From: a virus
Lineage: Duplodnaviria; Heunggongvirae; Uroviricota; Caudoviricetes
DNA: 50,280 nt
Virus record (IMG/VR): IMGVR_UViG_3300032046_000003
Span: 128,001-178,280 of that record
Reading direction: 5' to 3' (one strand)
Positions within the stretch are counted from its first letter, which is position 1. Each line of letters starts with the position of its first letter. The notes below the pieces were generated by a model, which saw only the letters and a program-made list of their open reading frames with translations, was not told where the DNA came from and ran no database searches. The translations under genes were made by a program, and so were the position numbers. This document shows positions 45,654 through 50,280 of the stretch, one piece after another.

Positions 45654-45905
45654 ATGAAGTTAATACCGCCAGATAAAAAACAATGTCAAGCTGAAAAGCC
45701 CTGTGGAACTAATTTTATGACATTAGGTGGACTCCCAGTAGGAACGCTTGTGAGATGTACAAACAAACCTACAGTTATAATTACTGAAGCAAATAAAAAC
45801 AAAAAAGATGGTAAAAAGGGAAGTATGGCATTATGTGATGATTGTCTTGGAGTAGCTTTAAAAGATTTTACTAAAAGGCATTTTGTTATCAAGACTATAA
45901 AATAA
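45654..45905 (+). CDS. small Cys protein
   Basis: Repeat RBS; CQA...RC...LCDDC. Confidence 0.6.
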   Translation: MKLIPPDKKQCQAEKPCGTNFMTLGGLPVGTLVRCTNKPTVIITEANKNKKDGKKGSMALCDDCLGVALKDFTKRHFVIKTIK

Positions 45906-45923
45906 AATGTGGGAGGTAAAAGA

Positions 45924-46037
45924 ATGAGAGAGATAAAGTTAGACAATCTTGCTATGTTTAATTGTGGTTGTTTAAGTCGGGCATTGGCAATCATAGATGC
46001 TCAGATAAAAGAATTGTCAAACAAAGGAAGTGAATAA
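45924..46037 (+). CDS. small protein (37 aa), not in ORF track
   Basis: Repeat RBS; MREIK... Confidence 0.45.
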   Translation: MREIKLDNLAMFNCGCLSRALAIIDAQIKELSNKGSE

Positions 46038-46041
46038 ATAA

Positions 46042-46353
46042 ATGAATACGTTTAGGAACTTGTCAGAAGAGGAATATGAATTTATTAAAAGGACTATAAA
46101 AGAAGACCAAGCAATGGAAACTTTGCAAATATGCTTTGTTTCAGATAAACGCGGAAAATTCACCACATGTTTATTGAAGGTTAAAAATCCGCCTCTTTTA
46201 GATTTGTATTGTAATGAGATATATGTGGGAAATAGCAAGAGGGTCACTTACGCTAAAATGGCAGATACTTATAATGAAGCGACCGGCAGATTAGTATCAT
46301 TAGGAAGAGCCATTAAGCATTTAGTCAATAAAGAAAGTTTCGTGTCTTTGTAA
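46042..46353 (+). CDS. hypothetical phage protein
   Basis: VGNSKR...DTYNEATGRLVSLGRA. Confidence 0.6.
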   Translation: MNTFRNLSEEEYEFIKRTIKEDQAMETLQICFVSDKRGKFTTCLLKVKNPPLLDLYCNEIYVGNSKRVTYAKMADTYNEATGRLVSLGRAIKHLVNKESFVSL

Positions 46354-46365
46354 GAAAGGAAAAAT

Positions 46366-46951
46366 ATGGGAATTTGTATAGTTGACATTGAGTCCACTTG
46401 CGATATTTCAAGGAATATAGATTCAGAAATAATCGAAATAGGCGCCATTAAAGAAGATGGAAGTGAATTCCAAGCTTTTATCAAGCCTACAAAAAAACCC
46501 TATTCTGTCGAAATTTTGCAAAGAATTAACAAGCATAACGCAAGATCAAGTGGAAAGCGCCGAGAAGTTCAACATTGTAGTTCAAAGCTTCATAAAATGG
46601 CTCGGAGAAGATACGATAGTTTCATGGGGCGATTATGACAGGAACATGCTTCAAAAGCAATACTCTTCATATTTTCAAGGTGCTAAATGGTGTTTTAATC
46701 ATGTTAACCTTAAGGCAGTATGGGCAAAGCTTCACAAAAGATGCAAACAATGCGGTATGAAAAAAGCTCTAGAAATAGAGGGAATACCACTAGACGGAAC
46801 TCATCACAGGGGGATAGACGACGCTCGCAATATTCTTAAAATATATAAAAAAATAAAAGATAGAATAAATTCATCAGAATTATTAAAAAATGATATAGAA
46901 TTATTAAATTTAAAATTAAAAGGTCATAAAGTACAACCTTATGAGAAATAA
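46366..46951 (+). pseudogene. DEDDh 3'-5' exonuclease (ERI1/KapD-like) split by a frameshift near 46491-46500
   Basis: VDIESTC...IIEIGA..FQAFIKP in one frame; PILSKFCKELTSITQ...SWGDYD...HHRGIDDA in the +1 frame; A7 run at the junction. Confidence 0.8.
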
Positions 46952-47026
46952 ATGTTTTATATAGCGACTTTAATTTATATAGCGGCTTTAATATGGTTTT
47001 TAAGTGGTATGCAATGGTAGGTAAAA

Positions 47027-47110
47027 GTCGAAGTGGTGGAACTGGTAGACACAAGGGCCTTAAAAGCCCTCGTTCGTAAGGACATGCCGGTTCGATTCCG
47101 GCCTTCGACA
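47027..47110 (+). tRNA. tRNA-Leu(TAA)
   Basis: GTCGAAG/CTTCGAC, AGGGC-CTTAAAA-GCCCT, long variable arm, GGTTCGATTCC. Confidence 0.93.
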
Positions 47111-47133
47111 TTAATTAAGAAAGAGGGGATAAA

Positions 47134-47343
47134 ATGGGAATAGATTTTTTTAATTTAGAAAGTCCCTGTTTAAACAATAATATAGAATGCAAAAATTTTA
47201 AAAAATGCTCAGATGAAAAATTAGCTTGCGCCAGGTTTTTAAAGTATTATGAGAGCATTACAGGTAAAATAGACGTTAATGAGGATATTGCACCTCGTAA
47301 AATTTATTATAAAAGGATATTTAAAGAAAATGATATTCATTAA
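47134..47343 (+). CDS. small Cys-rich protein
   Basis: SPC...C...C...LAC..F; GAGGGG RBS. Confidence 0.55.
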   Translation: MGIDFFNLESPCLNNNIECKNFKKCSDEKLACARFLKYYESITGKIDVNEDIAPRKIYYKRIFKENDIH

Positions 47344-47503
47344 TTCGACAGGGGGAATAGAATGGTGTTGCAAGTGTCAAACAAATCAGTTATGTAATAA
47401 ATTTATTCAAGGTAAGGTAAAAACTTATCAATGTACAGTGTGCGGAACGACCATAAGGACGGAATATGTTAAAGCTAAAAACAAAAGAATTAAAAAGAAA
47501 TGA
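47330..47503 (+). CDS. Zn-ribbon protein
   Basis: CCKC...CTVC. Confidence 0.5.
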   Translation: MIFINSTGGIEWCCKCQTNQLCNKFIQGKVKTYQCTVCGTTIRTEYVKAKNKRIKKK

Positions 47504-47831
47504 CGCAAAAGTAATTAAAGAGTTTATTAGCTTATTGAGAAAGCAAAATAAATCTTCAATAACATGTGAGATGCATCTTATTAATGCAGGACCTTTTAAA
47601 GTACATTATGAGAGCGGCAAAGTGTATTGTTCAGATAGGGGATATTATATTCCAGGAGACCACATTATATGCTGTCATTATAAAGGATTAAGTTTAAAAT
47701 ACTTATTAGAAACATTAGCGCATGAATTTAAGCACTTCATTCAAGATTTAGAAGAAAAAAAAATAGACATGAACGACGAGGAGGAAGCCGATGGATTCGC
47801 TAAGGATTTTGTTAGAGAATTTGGTAAATAA
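47466..47831 (+). CDS. zincin-like metallopeptidase (IrrE/ImmA-like)
   Basis: TLAHEFKH...EEEAD.FA. Confidence 0.65.
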   Translation: MLKLKTKELKRNDAKVIKEFISLLRKQNKSSITCEMHLINAGPFKVHYESGKVYCSDRGYYIPGDHIICCHYKGLSLKYLLETLAHEFKHFIQDLEEKKIDMNDEEEADGFAKDFVREFGK

Positions 47832-48180
47832 TTTACGTCAAGACGCCATGTTAACAGCAATAGAGAGGGATATTATGGATAATAATGAAAGAGAAAACGA
47901 AGAATTTAGACAAAGAATGGAATTAAGACACAATTTGACAGGCATTGACGTGGTGGACAGGGACCCATATTACTTTGAAACTACACAACGCAGGTCGGGA
48001 TTAAGAATCTCAGGTTTTAGTTATCATCGCATTAAGTATTATGTTTTGAAAATGGAAGACGGGAATATCGAAGTTTTTGATGCAAATTTGTTAATCGCAA
48101 AACAAGTTCCCAGCAAAAGCGAAATTTTCAAAAAAAGAAGCAAATTACTTAAGGAGGGTTTACTAGATGAAAGCCTATGA
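47791..48180 (+). CDS. hypothetical protein
   Basis: GAGGAGG RBS; overlapping operonic ORF. Confidence 0.45.
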   Translation: MDSLRILLENLVNNLRQDAMLTAIERDIMDNNERENEEFRQRMELRHNLTGIDVVDRDPYYFETTQRRSGLRISGFSYHRIKYYVLKMEDGNIEVFDANLLIAKQVPSKSEIFKKRSKLLKEGLLDESL

Positions 48181-48757
48181 TTTTCCTATGAAAGATACTA
48201 TCGACTTTGTAAGAAATAGCAATAAAATAGAGGGTATAGACTATGATTATGCCAAATATGAAGAGGCCATAAAATACCCCGAGACTGTTGATAATGATGA
48301 GATACAAGGTCATCTCCGCGCTTATGAGTATCTGGCTGTAAATTATAAAGATGATTTAACAGAAGAGCACATATTAGCGATGCACAAACTACTGACCAAA
48401 GGATTGGTGGCCGATAAGCATAACGGCAAGTACAGAGACTGTCTCGTGTCTATTGGGGGCAGGATTGCGGAATTGCCCATTGCAATAAGACCTAAAATGA
48501 GAGAATTAATTGTCATGGCTAAAAAAGTCAAAACAATTAAAGAAATATGGGCTATACATGATGAATTTGAAATTGTGCATCCTTTTGTGGATGGTAATGG
48601 GCGCACAGGAAGACTTATTCTTAATTGGTTAATGTTAAAAAGTGATCATCCTTTATATATAGTCTATTTTGATAATAGATATGGCTATTATGAGAGAATA
48701 GAGCGGTATAGGCGTAAAAAATACGAAGTTTTTAGTTTAAAAAATTACGATAAATAA
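48167..48757 (+). CDS. Fic-domain protein (AMPylase-type motif)
   Basis: HPFVDGNGRTGR, SNKIEG. Confidence 0.92.
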   Translation: MKAYDFPMKDTIDFVRNSNKIEGIDYDYAKYEEAIKYPETVDNDEIQGHLRAYEYLAVNYKDDLTEEHILAMHKLLTKGLVADKHNGKYRDCLVSIGGRIAELPIAIRPKMRELIVMAKKVKTIKEIWAIHDEFEIVHPFVDGNGRTGRLILNWLMLKSDHPLYIVYFDNRYGYYERIERYRRKKYEVFSLKNYDK

Positions 48758-48808
48758 TGTACAAAGTCACAAATATATGTTATAATATATATAGAGGAGA
48801 GTGATAAA
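48758..48808 (+). promoter_or_regulatory. sigma70-type promoter plus RBS
   Basis: TGTACA-17 nt-TATAAT; 32 bp identical to the recA leader. Confidence 0.7.
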
Positions 48809-48810
48809 AA

Positions 48811-48972
48811 ATGTGCGGAACTAAGAATTTTACAATAGCTTTCAAAACTCGCAGCGGTGAATTTCTAGACACTGTTGTAGAAGCTGTCAATACCCCAGAA
48901 GAGGCGGTTAAGGCATTGAGAGAGTCTATTCCAGAAGTTGAATCTGTAGTATGGACTGAGGAGAAAAAATGA
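48811..48972 (+). CDS. small protein (53 aa), not in ORF track
   Basis: Follows promoter/RBS; MCGTKNFTIAF...WTEEKK. Confidence 0.55.
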   Translation: MCGTKNFTIAFKTRSGEFLDTVVEAVNTPEEAVKALRESIPEVESVVWTEEKK

Positions 48973-49069
48973 TCGACAAGAAAACTATAGAGCTGCTTCA
49001 AATAGCAGTTGTTATATTGTTTTTTATAGGAACAGGATTATTAATTTGGGTGAGGGAGAAAATATTTAA

Positions 49070-49519
49070 ATGAAACTTTGCAAAAATTGGCACTTATATG
49101 AGGCTATTGACATAGCTTTACATGCTCACGGCGAACAAGTAGACAAGCAAGGTTTGCTTTACATTTTACATCCTTTATATGTAATGGAGATTGTTAAAGA
49201 TCGGGGAATAGACTATCAAATCGTAGCAATATTACATGATGTGCTGGAAGATACAGAAATAACTTCAAGCGATCTTCATATGTTTCCAGATTATATTTTA
49301 GATGCCTTGAAGTTGTTAACTCATAAAGATAATGAAACATATGGGAATTATATAAATAAAATAGTAAAAAGCAGAGATGAACTAGCAATTACAATTAAAT
49401 TTGTTGATGCGCATCATAATCTTATGAGGCTACCTCAACTTAAAGACGCTAAAGAGAGAAAAAGATTAGCAAAGAAATATTTAATGGTTCATGAAAAGCT
49501 CAGAAAATTAGTACCATAG
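49070..49519 (+). CDS. HD-domain protein, SpoT/Mesh1 (p)ppGpp hydrolase-like
   Basis: AHGEQVDKQG.LYILHPL.V, AILHDVLEDT, LLTH, IKFVD..HN. Confidence 0.85.
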   Translation: MKLCKNWHLYEAIDIALHAHGEQVDKQGLLYILHPLYVMEIVKDRGIDYQIVAILHDVLEDTEITSSDLHMFPDYILDALKLLTHKDNETYGNYINKIVKSRDELAITIKFVDAHHNLMRLPQLKDAKERKRLAKKYLMVHEKLRKLVP

Positions 49520-49531
49520 GAGGTGAAAATA

Positions 49532-49987
49532 ATGTCTCAATTAGGAATTGGAAGCAAGGTCGAATATATTGGACGGTCTACAGGCGTTAGAGGAATAGGT
49601 ACCATAAAAGAAATCAAGCAAACGGGCATAAATGAATTTAATGTCGAGTTTGATTCAGGCATGAGATGGTGTTCCAAAGAAGAGTTGCAAGAAGTAAAGG
49701 GAGGTGGAAAAAAGATGGCAGAAAATAGAGGATTATATCAGGTTGTGGTGGTTAATCCCACTGAAGACGGAGAGGTTCTTTTAAACGAGCTCGTAATAGC
49801 AAAAGACATATCAGAGGCCAAGTTCAACGCTGAAATTAAACCAAAGCTTAAAGAGAAAAGCCTTAAGATTGGGTCGGTTGACATAATAGTGAATAAGGTC
49901 GGAGACGTTAGACCTTATGCCGAAGAGCAAACTGTTAAGATCGTGGGCGGAGTCGGCGAGTATAAATTGATTAAGGAGGCACAATGA
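49532..49987 (+). CDS. hypothetical protein, apparently two modules (SH3/KOW-like plus second domain)
   Basis: IGSKVEY..GIGTI; internal GGGAGGTG RBS before in-frame ATG 49715. Confidence 0.55.
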   Translation: MSQLGIGSKVEYIGRSTGVRGIGTIKEIKQTGINEFNVEFDSGMRWCSKEELQEVKGGGKKMAENRGLYQVVVVNPTEDGEVLLNELVIAKDISEAKFNAEIKPKLKEKSLKIGSVDIIVNKVGDVRPYAEEQTVKIVGGVGEYKLIKEAQ

Positions 49988-50050
49988 CATCAGGCGTTTA
50001 TAAGAAAACCTTTTGCTGAACAACATTGTATAAAAAAATTAAATTGGTAA
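49984..50050 (+). pseudogene. frameshifted 5' remnant of the homing endonuclease family
   Basis: ATGACATCAGGCGTTTATAAGA versus ATGACATCAGGAGTTTATATAAGA at 13472. Confidence 0.55.
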
Positions 50051-50063
50051 GGAGGAGAAATAA

Positions 50064-50280
50064 ATGAAAGCAATAGGCGGAATTCTTGTATTTGTGGGGA
50101 TAATCGTAGGCCTATACGTTGGAGTTTGGTGGGCTTTTATTGGAGGCATAATTCAAATAATAAATGCCGTTAAAGCAACTCCAGTAGAGGCAATGCCGGT
50201 TGTCATAGGCATAGCCAAAATAGTGTTCTCAGGAACATTAGGCTTTATAGCTGGCGCTGTATTATGTATTCCAGGAATGT
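50064..50280 (+). CDS. membrane protein, truncated by window end
   Basis: AAGGAGG RBS; MKAIGGILVFVGIIVGLYVGVWWAFIGGIIQII. Confidence 0.65.
   Translation, partial: MKAIGGILVFVGIIVGLYVGVWWAFIGGIIQIINAVKATPVEAMPVVIGIAKIVFSGTLGFIAGAVLCIPGM

Larger units (their letters stand above)
45158..45927 (+). repeat. four identical 17-bp RBS-start repeats GGGAGGTAAAAGAATGA
   Basis: Copies at 45158, 45499, 45641, 45911, each supplying the ATG of a small gene. Confidence 0.85.

Noticed and set aside
45158-45927. 17-bp repeats as a CRISPR array
   Set aside because: Spacing is irregular (142-341 bp) and each repeat is an RBS plus ATG of an ORF.
564-50026. Minus-strand ORFs in the ORF track
   Set aside because: All are short antisense shadows of well-supported plus-strand genes or tRNAs, without recognisable motifs.
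1-50280. Stop-codon reassignment explaining the split genes
   Set aside because: TAG and TGA end many genes exactly where the next begins, long genes are uninterrupted in code 11, and the nrdD/nrdG breaks are explained by inteins and inserted genes.

Overview
AT-rich, gene-dense segment of a large dsDNA bacteriophage, probably infecting an anaerobe given the class III ribonucleotide reductase. All credible genes are on the + strand and use the standard code. In order: (1) a replication block (5'-3' exonuclease, SSB, DnaE, RecA, resolvases, Cas4-like nuclease) enclosing a cytosine-hypermodification cassette (dCTPase/dUTPase, nucleotide-sugar dehydrogenase and epimerase/decarboxylase, UDG-fold protein, methyltransferase, dNMP kinase, GT-B glycosyltransferase, dCMP-type thymidylate synthase homologue, dCMP deaminase); (2) a second glycosylation cluster (RmlA, RmlB, three GT2s) interleaved with an expanded family of free-standing homing endonucleases; (3) a fractured class III RNR locus, in which NrdD has a cis mini-intein, a split intein and a separately encoded glycyl-radical/half-Zn-site peptide missed by the ORF track, and NrdG is split by a second split intein inside its radical-SAM motif; (4) a complete phage-encoded ubiquitin-like conjugation operon (Ubl-GG, E2, JAB, E1) just upstream of a ClpC/ClpE-like unfoldase with an IGF loop, the top candidate for a new system; (5) RNA ligase, four tRNAs, candidate structured RNAs, Fic, a (p)ppGpp-hydrolase-like HD protein and small accessory genes. 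All calls come from reading motifs by eye; no database searches or folding programs were run.
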